Assembly: GCF_024521635.1 (NCBI RefSeq)
Contig: NW_026250433.1
Span: 124,001-188,000, forward strand
Direction of reading: 5' to 3'
Length of the DNA: 64,000 nucleotides
Source: Tricharina praecox
Taxonomy: Eukaryota
The notes beneath the pieces were generated by a model that was given only the letters and a program-made list of their open reading frames with translations, did no database searches and was not told where the DNA came from. Of this stretch, positions 10,308-23,051 are shown piece after piece (the stretch's first letter is position 1; each line of letters begins with the position of its first letter). The position numbers and the translations under genes are program-made.

Positions 10308-13079
10308 CTACTCCTTCGTATTTCCTCGCCTCTGCGTGGCTTGGTCAATTTCTGGTTCGTTCAGTTCGTTCAATTCGTCTAGGTTGTCCTGGTTGTCGAG
10401 CTTGTCGAGTTTGTCCAGGTTGTCCAGGTTGTCCAGATTGCTCAGCTTGTCCAGGTTGTTCGGGTTGTCCAGCTCTTCCAGCTCTTCCAGCTCTTCCAGC
10501 GCGTCCATTCTATCCAGCTTGTCCAGTCCGTCAAGGTTGACCAGTTCGTCCAGGTTGTCCAGGTTGTCCAGTTCTTCCAGCTCTTCCAGCGCCTCCAGGT
10601 TGTCCAGGTTGTCGAGGTTGTCGATGTTGTCCAACTCTTCCAGCGCGTCCAGTCCCCCTTGTTTCGCCAGCTCCCGCTGTTGTTGGTGTTTCTTCTCGAC
10701 CTCTTCCTCCTCCTTCTCCAAAGCGATCTCCTTCTCCTTCTCCAAAGCGTCCTCCTCCACCACCACCACCTCCTCCACCTCCTCCAAAGTCTCTAGCACC
10801 TCCCCAAGCACTCTTCCCACCCTCCCCCTCCCCCGCCCCAGCTGGTCCTCTTTCCCCTTCCCCTCTTTCCCCTTCCCTTTCCCCTCGCCCTCCTTCCCCA
10901 TCCCCTCCCCCCCCTCCCCCTGCCCATCCCCCTCGCTCCCCCACCGCCGATGAATGTCAATAAACCGCATCCACGCAGCCCATCGTGGTGTATCATGTTC
11001 CAGCAGGGCCTCTGCGACGATATCCTTCAGGCTGAGGGCGGTGAGGCCGCGCATGCGCCGCCAGAAGTTGGTGCTCCGGACGAGGTCGGAGGGGACTAGG
11101 AACCACCAGGATCTAGGTTACGAAGGACGTTAGTAGGTGTGCTAGATGGAGTCTACGGGGCGCAGAGAGAGAGGAAAGGCTGGTACATAGGGCTGGTACA
11201 GAAGGAAATGGCAAGGCTGGGAGGAGTCAAGACGGATGGACAGATGGGACCGCAGTGATGATGATGAGATGGATGATGATATATGATCTCTCTCTTGGGG
11301 CCCCATTCTCCTCCCTCCTCGCGTTCTTAAGAAACGAACGAAAGAAAGGAGGAGAAAACAAGTAGGGGTATGATAGGAAGTTGAAATGATACAGCCCCCA
11401 AACGGCATGAAGTGAATAAGAAGCAAGTATGTTCAAGAAAGTAATGAGAAGATGAAGATGATGATGAAGATGGAAGAAATAATGTAAAACTCCAGTTCCC
11501 AACAGAATGGTATCAATATATGTAACCAAGAATCGAAGAAGAAAAAATGTAAAGAAGATAGAGTACAAAACTAAGGTATAAATGCCAGTAGTAGCCAGCT
11601 CTAAGAAGGTAGTAAATGAAGTGCGGTGCGTGGGGCATAGAAAGAAACCATGATACAGACAGTTTGCCCCCCGACCGTGAAGAAAAAGAAGTAAGAAGAA
11701 ATATAAAGGCAAAACCAGAACACCCCCGCCCCGCTTCACAGGACTCAGAAACAGTCCAGAGCATTGAGCGTAATTGCGCCATAAAGATCAAAAATCAAAG
11801 AGAAGGATAAAAAACAGAAAAAACAGAAGCAGAAGCAGAAGCCCAACCCGGAACACCAAAAGGTAAAAAAAAACAAAATGCAAGACCCAAGAAGTAAAAC
11901 TCCTCACCTAATAAACTCCTCGCCGGCCTCATAGCTGCGGCTCTCGAAAGGGCTTTCGCCCCAGACCCCCCAGTTCTCATGCACATCCGAGCAGATCCTC
12001 TCCTCATCCTGATAGTCACCCGTGCGGACGCCCTCCTGCGCATACTCTAGCATGAAGTCCCTGATCTCCCGGAAGGGCAGGACATCGATGTAGGGATGGT
12101 GGGGCACCGACAACTGCCTCTCTGTAGGCTGCAAGTCCGCGGCACTCTCAGGCAGAACCCATGGTTCCTGGCGGTTGAACGGCGACACTGATTCCTCCCT
12201 GAAAATATCATCCTCGTCCATGTTGAGCAGCTTTCCCACCTGTCGGGTAGCGTTGATCAATTTGTTGTAGTTCACCGAGAGGTAGAACTGGTCCCGGACC
12301 ATCGCCGAGTTGACGTGGTAGGGGTTCGTGTTCGCCGCAGGGTTGGGCGAGTAGTCCGAGGCGAGCTGGGGTAGCTCGGCGCCGTACGATGTGGGCTGGT
12401 CGAGCGAGCTGTAGCCGATGATCTGGCGCGGCGAGGTGCAGCCGAGCTCCGGGGAGCTGCTGAGGTAGTCGCTGTGGGCGTAGTGGTGTTGGTGTTGGTT
12501 GTGGTGTTGGCCCCAGGAGCCGGCCTGGAAGCCGCCCGAAGTGGCCTCGACGGATCGGGCATCGACATTGGTGAACAGGGGGCCGAAGTCGCCTGCGTAG
12601 TAGTTCCTCGAGGCCGAGCGCGACGCGGAGAAGGGGAAGGCGGGGGCGGTCGGGGTGGTGGGCGAGGTATCGGATGCGGTGGTGGCTGATCGAGGCTCGG
12701 CAGATCGGGTGCGGGGCAGTTGCAACCTCCACTCGTCGGGCTTGGTGCGGATGGTCCGTGCGCTGTTGGCGCGAGTCCGCTTGGTGACACGGCCCGAAGT
12801 TGTTCCGCTAGGTGCAGTGGCTCTCTGCTGCTGTTGCTTGGCAGGCTTCGCGGCGGTGGTGTTGGTGCTAGTAGCGGAGATCACCGAGGAACCGCCTGCC
12901 CGGTTCTCGAGCTCCTCGAGTCTCTCCTTGAGCTTGCGGCGGTAGTTGCGCTGGGCCAGACGGTTCTGGATTTTTCGACGCTCGGCGAGATCGGCGACTT
13001 GTCTCCAGTCGTCATCGGCGGTCTTCATGACCTGGGAGCTGTCGTAGCCTTTGCCACTGCGTCCGAATCTTATCGACAT
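10308..13079 (-). CDS. bZIP transcription factor with DUF3425 domain and long acidic repeat tail; exons 13079-11908, 11112-10308 (658 aa)
   Basis: Basic region DDWRQVADLAERRKIQNRLAQRNYRRKLKERLEELE; DUF3425 motifs LQPTERQLSVPHHPYIDVLPFREIRD..VWGESPFESRSYEAGEEFIR. Splicing AG|GTGAGG (11907) to CTAAC..CTAG (11113) restores R-SWWFLV..STNFWRRMRG. Confidence 0.88.
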
Positions 13080-16044
13080 ATTGAGGTAGGGTAAAAAGCG
13101 AGTCGGGAGATAGCTCTATGTGTGCGCGATACACGACGCGATGCCGGACTGTGGTGGCGAAAGCAGATGATGGAATAGTGTGAGAAGCGAGACGCGGATG
13201 AAACGGTGGGAGTAGTGGGAGAAGCGAAGATGTCAATGCTATGGAATGGCTAATGGAATGCTAATGTATTGAAGACTGGGCTCGCTGAAGATGAAACTTG
13301 GGATATGGATGATGCGGAGGCGGACCTTTTAACATCTCGTCTCAACTGTGCATTCCAGTAATAGACCTTCTGTATCAAGGCCTTCTCGAAGGACTTGAAA
13401 CTCGAGGGGGAGGAGAGCCGAAGGAGCAGCAGCACGCATGCGGGGATACGCGAAAAATCTATTTCTGGAGATGCGGATAACTATTGGCGTCTTTTTGAAC
13501 CTCTGGGCCCGCCATCTGCATACGGCGCTATATTTGGGTGCAGGATCTGTTGGTGGGTGAATCCTGAAACATTGTTGGCAGGCGCGTAGCAACAGGGCTG
13601 CGAAAAAGGATCGGGGGGAAGGGGGAAGGGGTACATGGCAGGGGCCTTGGAGAAGGCGGGAGACCCCACGCGCAGCCAATAGGCAGCCAGCCTTTCGCTC
13701 GGGAACGGGCGATCCACGCCAGGCCACAGCCACAGCCACGGCTATTGTGCGAAGGCCGGGGGCCCGGTCGGCGTGCAAGCCACACGTGGCGAGGGGGGGC
13801 CTGCTCCCGTGGCAGTGCCAGCCGAACCGTCAGGTCGGAGACGAGATTTCCTCGAACACTAGGAGCGGTAGGTACGGTACTGACTTGCCTACATACTCAC
13901 GCCACAGAGCAAGCATACACGCAGTGGTTGGAGGCAGGCAGGCAGACAGGCAGTCGTCCACTCCATTCTACATACATCCTGTCCAAGCGCCGCTCGCAAT
14001 CATCGTCGTCACTATCGTCGTCGATCCGAGCTTCCGGATCCTGGGCGGATGAAGGCGATCGAATGTATGCTTTCAGGCAGCCTTCCCCTCATGGCATCCG
14101 GCCACACATCCCGACATTACTGGCCCGTCCGCCCCCGCAAGCAAGCACGTCGCCAATGCCAACGCCATATAGCCGCCGGTCCCAACGGTGGCCCAGTTGC
14201 CGTTCCGTCCTCCAGTCACAGCGCGCGCCGTGGCCTCCAACTGTTACTGGAGTCGAGAGTGGAGACCGGTGGACGCAGTCGCGACCGCGTGCAAGTTCCA
14301 ACGCCATCTCTCACCATCTCTCGCCATCTCTCGCCAAGACGGGACGATTGGCCCCGAAGCGCTCCTCGAGACTCCTCCTCCCTTCAGCCTCACCGATGGT
14401 GAACAACAATCTGCCACAGCGGATTCCCCCATGCGAAAGAAAAAAAGCACGAGCCCATGTTCTGTGGCTAGATACCTACCGCTGCAGCCCTACGGTTCAT
14501 CTGGCATCAGGTAATCTCCTTCCCCCCCTCGCCCTGGTTGCTGCAGTACCTACCGCACGCTAGGTAAGTACACTCTACAGGACCTCCTGATATCATCAGC
14601 CCGTTGAGGTGGGACCGTGGGACCGTGGTGGTGGTGGTGCAACTCTGAAGCTGCAATTAGCATCCAACCGACAACCGGCCACTCGAGAGTCGACGGGATG
14701 GGGCGTTACGTTGATCCCGGTCCTACAAGTGCAGTGCTAGGAATTAATCGATAACACACACGCACCGGCCAACTCGGTAGCCCGGACCGATATCGATCTG
14801 GCGCCAAAGTTGCCGCGTTTCAGAGTTTTGCTGTGGTGGGGCTGTGAGACTAGCCAGCCGGTCGGCCGGTAGAGACTGCAGAATAGTTAGTTGGAGTAGC
14901 GTGGAGCAGAGTAGGTGCTAGGAAGTAGGTAAGTGAGAGGCGTGTGTAGGCACGTAGCCCGGCGATGCGAGTGTAGATATGATACATCATACCTCTGGAC
15001 GTGCTTTGCCCGGCCGAGCATCTTGTATCATAGTAGTAAGCAAGCAGTTATGTAGCCTCGCACGTGTGGAAGAGTGGAAGTCCGGCGTCCGTCCGCCCGC
15101 CGCCGCCAGATGCCACGATGCGACATCGTGGCTCGCGAGTTGTCGGGCACTCTTCGATGCGATGCCTATTTCCATACGACCTTCGAATTCCGACGGTTGT
15201 TTCGAGCGCGGCCTCTCTGGTCTGTTTGATGGTTCGTCCGCCGTTCGCAGTTCACCCTGGTTGAATGTTAAGGCCCTCTAGGCTCTTTCTCTGTCCCTTG
15301 TATCTCTGTCTCTAATAATGGTATCTACTTCCTACCGACTCACCTATCTCCTCTCGCTGCCGACCGACCGCGCAGTCGGCAGCGCTCCGCCAGATTCATC
15401 CATGGTATGTAGACCATGTACCAAGACACCCCGACATGTTCGCCTAGATAAATGACTTGTAACTATCCGCGGACCGCAAAGCACGCACTTGTACTCTAAC
15501 CCTTGCCCCAAATGGCAGCTACTTGCCACAGTTGCTGCTCCACTCACGTTACCCACACCCTGTAGCTCGGTCGGCCGGTCGCGTACTTTTCTCGTCAAGG
15601 CGGAGCAGGCTGTATCGCCTGGATACCTAGAGTACCAAGTCAGTACTACTATATGATCGTTAATGCTCAGGGACATCAGCCACAGCAGCGTGACTGAGAC
15701 CCTTCCTTATGCGTGTGACGCGACCGACGTGATGTGATGGCCGCTGCTGCTGCTGCTGCTCCACCAGAAAAGTTTAAGATTGCTGCGTGGCTCGGTGGCT
15801 TGGTGATAACGCCAGCAGCAATAGTAAACAACGTCCCTAAAATAATCTACCCCATATCAGTCCTGCTATTCCGCTCTTCACTCCTTCATCACCGGGTAGC
15901 TAATCGTTCGTTCATCTATTCATGCATTCATCCATTCGTTTAATCTAGTTGCACGGATGCGGTCGCTCTACCGCTTTCTTCGGTCTTCGGTCTTCTGCTT
16001 CACGATGCACGATGCACGATCACCGATCCACTCCCTCCCTTCCT

Positions 16045-16128
16045 CATCCACCTCCCTTCCCTCTCCTTCCCTCTCCTTCCCTCTCTCCTTCCCTCTCTCC
16101 TTCCCTCTCTCCTTCCCTCTCTTCCCTC
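16045..16128. repeat. Polypyrimidine minisatellite (CTTCCCTCTCTC)n
   Basis: Four to five tandem 12-mers upstream of the gene at 16277. Confidence 0.85.
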
Positions 16129-16276
16129 CTACTTGCCGCTGACTGAGCAACCTACATTCACTCATCTCAGACTCAGCAGCGACTCGCCACATCACACGCA
16201 ATCGCAACCACGCAATCTGCTCACTCCTCGAGCTGACTGTTACGCCTCTTTTTAAAAATCTTGATCATCCAAAGCT

Positions 16277-17143
16277 ATGCCCTTTAATACTCGCCACCTC
16301 AGTTCCGACGACGGCGGTGAAGGTCCCTCCGCTGCTGCCGGAAAGATGCCCAAGCAGGATCACCGTACCAGTCACAATCCCGGAGGCACCAGAAAGCGAG
16401 ACGCCCACGAGAAGTACTCTGTGAAGCTAGAGTTTGCTGGCAAGAACGGCAGCGGCGGCGGCAGCAAGGTCGCAAGGAAGGAGAAGGAAAAGAAGAAGAA
16501 GGCGCCAGACCATCCGCTTGCTGAGGAGTTCATCGGTACGCCTTGCATTGCCAATCCATGAGATGGCGTGCAATCAGTTTCCCTGGTTTGCCCTCCGATG
16601 CTTCGATCGCTTAGCCTGACGCATTTTACCCCTCCAGAGTCGCTCGACAATTCCACCGGCTCCATCACCGCGAGTCTCGTCGAATCGATTTCCAACATCC
16701 ACATGATCGGCCTGTCGAGGATTGCTGCAGCAACCTCACTCTCGCAGACCTACATCGACTCCGCTAACTCTTCCGCAGAGAAGTTCTCACGCCTCTCGAT
16801 CCTCTCCGACTCGTTCAGGCGCGAGCTCGCCGCTAACCGTGCGTTCGTTGCCGCGAGGCAGAACGATATCGACCGTTTGCGCCGTGATTACACAGACATT
16901 ACAGGTGAGATCCTGCAGCTGCAGCGCGAGGCACTAGCGATCAGCCCTACGAAGGGTCTCACGCACGAGGACCCTCTAGCCTATGAAGAGTTCGGGGATG
17001 GGGTTGCTACTGATGAGGCGTTCCTGGAGGCGGCCGACGGGAGGTGCCGCGAAGTCGAGAGGAAGTGGATTGAACGCATGCAGCAGAGTGAGAGGGTGAG
17101 ATCTATGCCCCTGCGTGCCAATGGAGGGGCGATGGGTAGCTGA
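16277..17143 (+). CDS. Hypothetical protein with basic NLS-like stretch and coiled coil; exons 16277-16535, 16638-17143
   Basis: Two ORFs join in frame through a GTACGC..CTGAC..CAG intron; KEKEKKKK; heptads IDRLRRDYTDITGEILQLQREAL. No family recognised. Confidence 0.6.
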
Positions 17144-18061
17144 TTGGTTGTGACAGAAATTCGAGAACGATGCCATCAAGAGGAGGCAGCTAGCTATTAC
17201 TGTTATGGTCTAGCTTGCTCGTCGAGTTGGTCTGCGCTCACGGGGGATAGCTGAACGGGGAATTTCTGAATAAGCTTGACGGAGAGGTACATGTAATCGT
17301 ACATACTACTTGAGGGCAGCCTACGCTACGGCCCTACCGAACGACTTGATGAATGGAATACGGATACCTGGAACAATTAAAAATAAAAGTCTCTTATTGC
17401 GCTCGGATGAGAGAGAGAAGGTATGGAAGGATTATTAGCTCCTTCGCGAGCTTTTCGTGACGAGCTTGCTTCTTTGTCCTTCGTTCATGCCGAACGCGAC
17501 CCAAGCCTCACGGCTGGAAGAGCCTCGAATGACGCAGTACTACGTTGCAGAACAAGCAGCTGAGCCGGTACAAGACGGAGAGCTGGAAGATACCAGTTCT
17601 TTGATCCCATTCTATGGAGTAGAGTGATTACAAGCCATCTCGCAGTCTCTCGGATTTGGTGGGTCGAAAGTTCGACAACGAGCGCCAAGCCGGTGATGAC
17701 TAATAATGCTTCTCTCTCAAGGTCGCGCTTTGAGTGGCGGTTGCACTCCGTTCCCTCAGACAGACACCCCCAAGAGCGAAGGATTGACAGCCTGTTCCTC
17801 CGCAAAAGAGATACCCCCCCTCCCCCCTCCCCCCACCTCCGCATCATCCCGCCAAAGCGACATAATACCGATCCCGCTCCAAGAATTCCGTATCGTCTCT
17901 GCGGTCTTACGGCTAGAAAGCTTCCCGGATCGTTCTGTCGCTGTTCGTTCGTGAGCCTCGGCCGACCGCAACCTCCCCCATAAGCGAAGCATCATCATCA
18001 ACCACCTCGCTCGCCCCCCACCTCCCCTTCTATCGCAACACCATCGCGGTCGAAGCAAGCC

Positions 18062-18914
18062 ATGTCGAACCAGCTAGTTGTCAGTATTATTCGCCGTGTC
18101 GCGTTGCTTCTGTCGTCTCTTTTTTCCCTCTCTTCTTTGAGCTGACTCCGGCGCGGTTGGGGTGTGCGAAGGGTACCGTTTACCAGAGCATCATCGACGA
18201 GGTCATCAACAGCAGTCGCCTCGACTTTGAGGAGGCGGGAATCAATGTCTCGACGCTGGAGGATCTGAAGCAAGTAAGTGGTTTGCTCCCACACTGTCCC
18301 CCGTCTCTCGTCTCCTTTCCCACAGGCAGTTCCTTCATGTTTTGTTTGTTTGATGATTCGGTCGCATCGTGTATTTGTTGGTCGCGTTCTTCATCCTGTG
18401 GGGCGCCGGCGAGGGGGGGGGGCAGGGCAGTGGTTGTCGCCTTTTTGTCCTTGTTCTCTAGCCACCGCCCCTGCTCGCATTTAGCGGTTCCGCTTTTATA
18501 TGGTGCTGGGGGAGCGGGGTTGCTTTATTCGGCCTGGAAGCCTATGCATCGCACAGCCAGAGTGTGCAAATTTGCTCACTTGGCTTTTTCCCTTTTGGGA
18601 ATATTTGCTTTTCTCTTCCCTGCGCATTCTTTACCCATCTTGGAAGTTTGTTTAAAAGTTGCAACATCGCTAACCTCTATTCCGCTATGGCGCCCCCGTC
18701 GGTGGTGCCAATGTGGATTGCGATGAAATTAGGTTTGGCAAGGAAAACTGTCCGGTCTCAAGATCGCGCACTTCCCGTGGGACCCTCCGGCTCCCGAAGC
18801 TCCATCGAACAATGCGACCGCTGCGCAGGCGAGAGCTGCCCAGCAACAGCAGCAACAGCAGCAACAGCAGCAGGCACAGCAACAGCAGATGCATCAACAG
18901 CAGATGCACCACCA

Positions 18915-18945
<31 letters not shown>

Positions 18946-19886
18946 TCGCAGCAGCCCTACATCAAGTCGGAGCCCGGCATGTCGCAGCAGTATCCTCAAG
19001 TCCAGAACGGTGTGAAGATCAAGTCGGAGCCGGGAATGGAGCCACAGGGCGTCATGTACGGAGTACCTCAAGCCAATCTGACCGGTAATCCCACGCACGA
19101 CCCTCATTTGGCCGCCATGCGCGCACAGCATAATATTGCGCAGAAGTTCGGACCGCAGTTGCAAGCGCGACCAGCCAGTGGACTCGTTTTGCCCGGGATG
19201 AATCCGGGACCACCTCCGCAACACAGACCGGCCAACGGCCAGCAGCAGCACAACGGTATCCCTCAGCACGACGGCGGTGACGACGAAGAGATCCCGATCG
19301 AAGGTTTCGGATCGCTCACCAGGGAGGAGGCCGACAAGGTGTTGTTGACGAGGATCGGAAAGGCGGAGCGTCAGCGTGCCGAGGCTTCCGAGAAGCTCGC
19401 CCAGGCGCTGCAGAACCTCAAGGTCAGCTCTGCCAAGTCGAAGGCGAAAGGCAAGGGCAAGGCGCGTCGCGCTCGCAAGTTGGATGCCTACGAGGAGGCT
19501 CTGAATCACAACTCGTCGTATCCCTACCCCTCGGAAACCCCGATGTTGGTGTTGTCGTCGAACGCTTCGTCTGGACCCCGCGTGCCGCAGCTGGATGGTG
19601 ATTCCGAGGACGAAATCGACGAGGATGCGATTAATTCCGATCTTGACGATCCCGAGGAAGACGAGATCGACAACGAGGATGATGATGAGGTCCCCCAGAT
19701 CATGCTCTGCATGTACGACAAGGTCCAGCGCACCAAGAACAAGTGGAAGTGTGTCTTGAAGGATGGCGTCCTGACCATCAACGGACAAGAGTATGAGAGA
19801 TTCTTCGTGTCGAGAAGGCAAGCAGTCAGCTAACGCATTTATACAGATATGTATTTCACAAAGCTAATGGCGAGTATGAATGGTAA
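18062..19886 (+). CDS. TOA1: Transcription initiation factor IIA large (alpha/beta) subunit; exons 18062-18079, 18172-18273, 18733-19790, 19847-19886
   Basis: MSNQLVGTVYQSIIDEVINSSRLDFEEAGI..LEDLKQVWQGKLS; poly-Q; DAINSDLDD; IMLCMYDKVQRTKNKWKCVLKDGVLTINGQEYVFHKANGEYEW. Confidence 0.96.
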
Positions 19887-22422
19887 ACCATTTGGCTTCG
19901 GATTTGCGGACAACAGGCATGCACCGCCGCCATGCGTTTGTTTCTTGGTTGCCGTTGTTGTTGTTTTTGTCCGTACGTCGTTGGGTGTCCTAGGATGTTC
20001 TGCTGTCAAGAGACCTGGATTTCGTTGTCGTCCGGATTGGGCCGAGAATGATGCATGAATTGAACGATCTCTTTCCGTTTTGCTGCAATGTTTTGTCTTT
20101 TCGTTGTTTCTTCTTTTCTTTTCTTTTTCATTTCATTTTTTTTTCTTTTTCTTTTTCCCCTTCTTCGAGGGACGGCGGGCGGCGGTGGGCGGATCAGGAA
20201 AATTGCTACCTAGACCGTATGGATGTGGTGTTTGTGTGCGTCCGATCAGATCAAGTGAAGGAGAGAGACGAGATGGGTCGATTTGTTGGGCTTATGTATC
20301 CGACACACGGTCACGGACATTTGGTGCTGCAGTAGTTACTAGGGTACGGTTGGGTTTTGCCGTTGGGGTTTTGTTGCCTTACTTTCTGTGTCCTTGAAAT
20401 GCTCTGGTTATGACCTTCTTCTTCTACTTCTTCTACTTCTTCTTTGAAAAACACCTTGTACTTTTAGTTGGTACCTACTATTCTTTGACCGTAGCTATGA
20501 TATGGACACTGCTGAGCCGCCGTGCATCGACCCTGAGGGATTTGCTTTTTTTCTCTCTCTCCTCCATTACGGTACTTGGGTTGCAGCCATCTACGCGACG
20601 TTTCGGCGAGGAGAACGAGGGGGTGTCTCTCATCCACGTTATTCCCGTGTATGATGGTTATGCATACCAACTCTGCGGCTACAAATCTATAGTAGACTCA
20701 AGACAAGACATATCTTGACGAGAAATGCAGCTGCACGATGTTGTAGTTGACAGCGAGTATCGTAGTTGGGTGTGCGTTTCAGATTCTGGGCGTTCAATCG
20801 ACATCGACATCGATAGATAATCATAGTAGCTCCTGTCTCGCCCAGCCCACTGATTCACTGAGCCCAGCGGCCCAGGGGCCAGCCGGGCGTTTCGAGATGT
20901 CTCGACGGCCGTGTTCCAACTGTCCCACAGACATGCCGCATACACATCCATATCGGCGGTTTGCACTGTGTTTTTTTTCTTTTTCAGCTGCGTCTGTACG
21001 TAGGGTAGGCTCTAGAGTACAGTTGGGTTGGTGATATAAATAGCCCCTACCCAACCCAAGTTACCCAACCCACGCTTGGAACTTTGAAGGTTCCCCGCAC
21101 TCTGGCACCTAACTGTGGGTCAGTGCCATGTGCAGTCTGCAGCAGTGTGCAGCGCAGTGTGCCGCCCCACCCGCTTTTCGCCAAATCTATGGTACAATTG
21201 TACATACATGTAGGGTCTCGGCTCCGAGCCCGAGGGAGCAGACAGTTTTAGATTTTACATAGACCTCCCCCTCAAGCACTGCGAAACCCAACGTTCCGCT
21301 GTACCGGGAGTTTCAGGATTCTACTATGTACCTACGGCACCGTCCCCTCTCGCCCCCTGGCGCTGTCGATGACGACGATGAGCCCTCCCTCCCTCCCGCC
21401 GGACCCCACCCCACCTCGCGCGATCATTCCAAATTCAAACCATCTACTCCCGCCCGGCGCCCGGCGATCGGCGCGTCACGAGGGCTCGGGGGCTCAGGGT
21501 GTCACGGGGACGTCACGGGGGGTATCACGCGAGCGTCACGGGGGCTGGGTAAAGAATGTACCGTACATACAAACATACATACACACGTTTCGCCGGTGAA
21601 CAAATCTGCTGCTGCTGCGCCGGTGTATGTGTCCATCCAAGGGCCAAGGCTGAAGCGAAAGGTCGCCCGGGCGCGGACGCGGGTAAAGAACTGTGGCTGT
21701 CCCTATCCTACCAACTGGTGGTAGCCCATCCGGCCCGTCGGCTCGTCGCCCAGGGCTGGGTTGACCGTTGGGGGCCTGGGGGAAAAACAAAAATAGACCA
21801 GACCACGAAGCTTTCTTTCGTTCAAATCTCGATTGCGGAATTGCGGAGTAATTTCTTTTTGCAGCCGGTGCTTTGGGCTCTAGGCTCAAAAATGGGCTTT
21901 GGGCTCAAGAGAGAAGGCTAGAGTAGAGTACGTAACTGGCGATTTCCGGTCACCGGATTGGTCAATTGCAGATTGGAGATTGCTGCTTGCCTAAATGCTA
22001 GCAGAACTGTAGAAGAGTGGGGATCGGGTGCGTTTGGAAGACTGCAGGGCTGCGACTCTGCGAGCTGTAAAGTGGGCCGGTAAATGTATGAGAGCACTGT
22101 TTATAGACGTTTGGGTGTCATACTATACTATAGATGAGATGCTTGCTCTCGTTTATCGCGACCGTTAACTTTTTTTGCTTTGTTATTGTGGATGATCAAT
22201 TGGGCAGAGGTTCTTGGGGGCATGGGGCGTGGGGATTGCGGCTCAAAACTTTCGTCATGGGCCAGCCAGCCGAGCCGAGAACTTTTGGCACCCAAACCCG
22301 AACCCAAAACCACACCTGTCATCGCCACCACCACCGCTATCATCGCCCTCCACCACCACCATCACCACCACCGCCCCGACTGAAGCACCACCACACCCTA
22401 CACTACGAAACAAAAAAAAAAG

Positions 22423-23051
22423 ATGACACCTCTCTTCCGCCCCACTCTCCTCGCGCGGGTTCGTTCCGCCCTTTCCCCCTCCCCTCCCCCGAACTTCCGG
22501 TTAACTCCCCCGTGTGTAGACAACGCGCGCCCTCCTCCGGCCAACCATCTCCCCGATCACTCCGCCAGTGTACGTTGCGCTGCGCCGACTGAGCGATGAC
22601 ACGAAGCGGACGATCGAGGGCGTGCTGTCGACGGCGCCGGTGGTGCTGTTCATGAAGGGCACTCCGGAAGCACCGCAGTGCGGGTTCTCACGCGCGTCCG
22701 TGCAGATCCTGGGACTGCAGGGCGTTGATCCCGAGAAGTTCAGCGCGTTCAATGTGCTCGAGGATGAGGAGGTGCGACAGGGTGAGTCTCCCTCCTAGTG
22801 GGGAAGAGGAAGGGAGGAGGATGGGGATGGGATGGGGATGGGGATGGGGATGGGGATGGGGCTGATGCAGGAAACCGCGCGCAGGCATAAAGGAGTTCGC
22901 GAACTGGCCTACGATCCCGCAGCTGTACATCAACAAGGAGTTCGTGGGCGGCTGCGACATCCTTGTGGCGATGCACCAGAGCGGCGAGCTGGCGGAGATG
23001 CTGGAGAAAGAGGGCGTGCTGGTCCCACCGGAGGAGGGCGAGCAGAAATAG
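22423..23051 (+). CDS. GRX5: Mitochondrial monothiol (CGFS) glutaredoxin; exons 22423-22458, 22520-22781, 22885-23051
   Basis: Presequence; [55 protein letters not shown]. Confidence 0.96.

Noticed and set aside
10336..10953. Ser-rich 205-aa plus-strand ORF
   Set aside because: Antisense shadow of the bZIP repeat exon.
13745..14563. 272-aa ORF upstream of the bZIP gene
   Set aside because: GC-rich intergenic open frame with non-ATG start and no protein-like features.
18685..19821. 378-aa minus-strand ORF
   Set aside because: Antisense to TOA1 exon 3.
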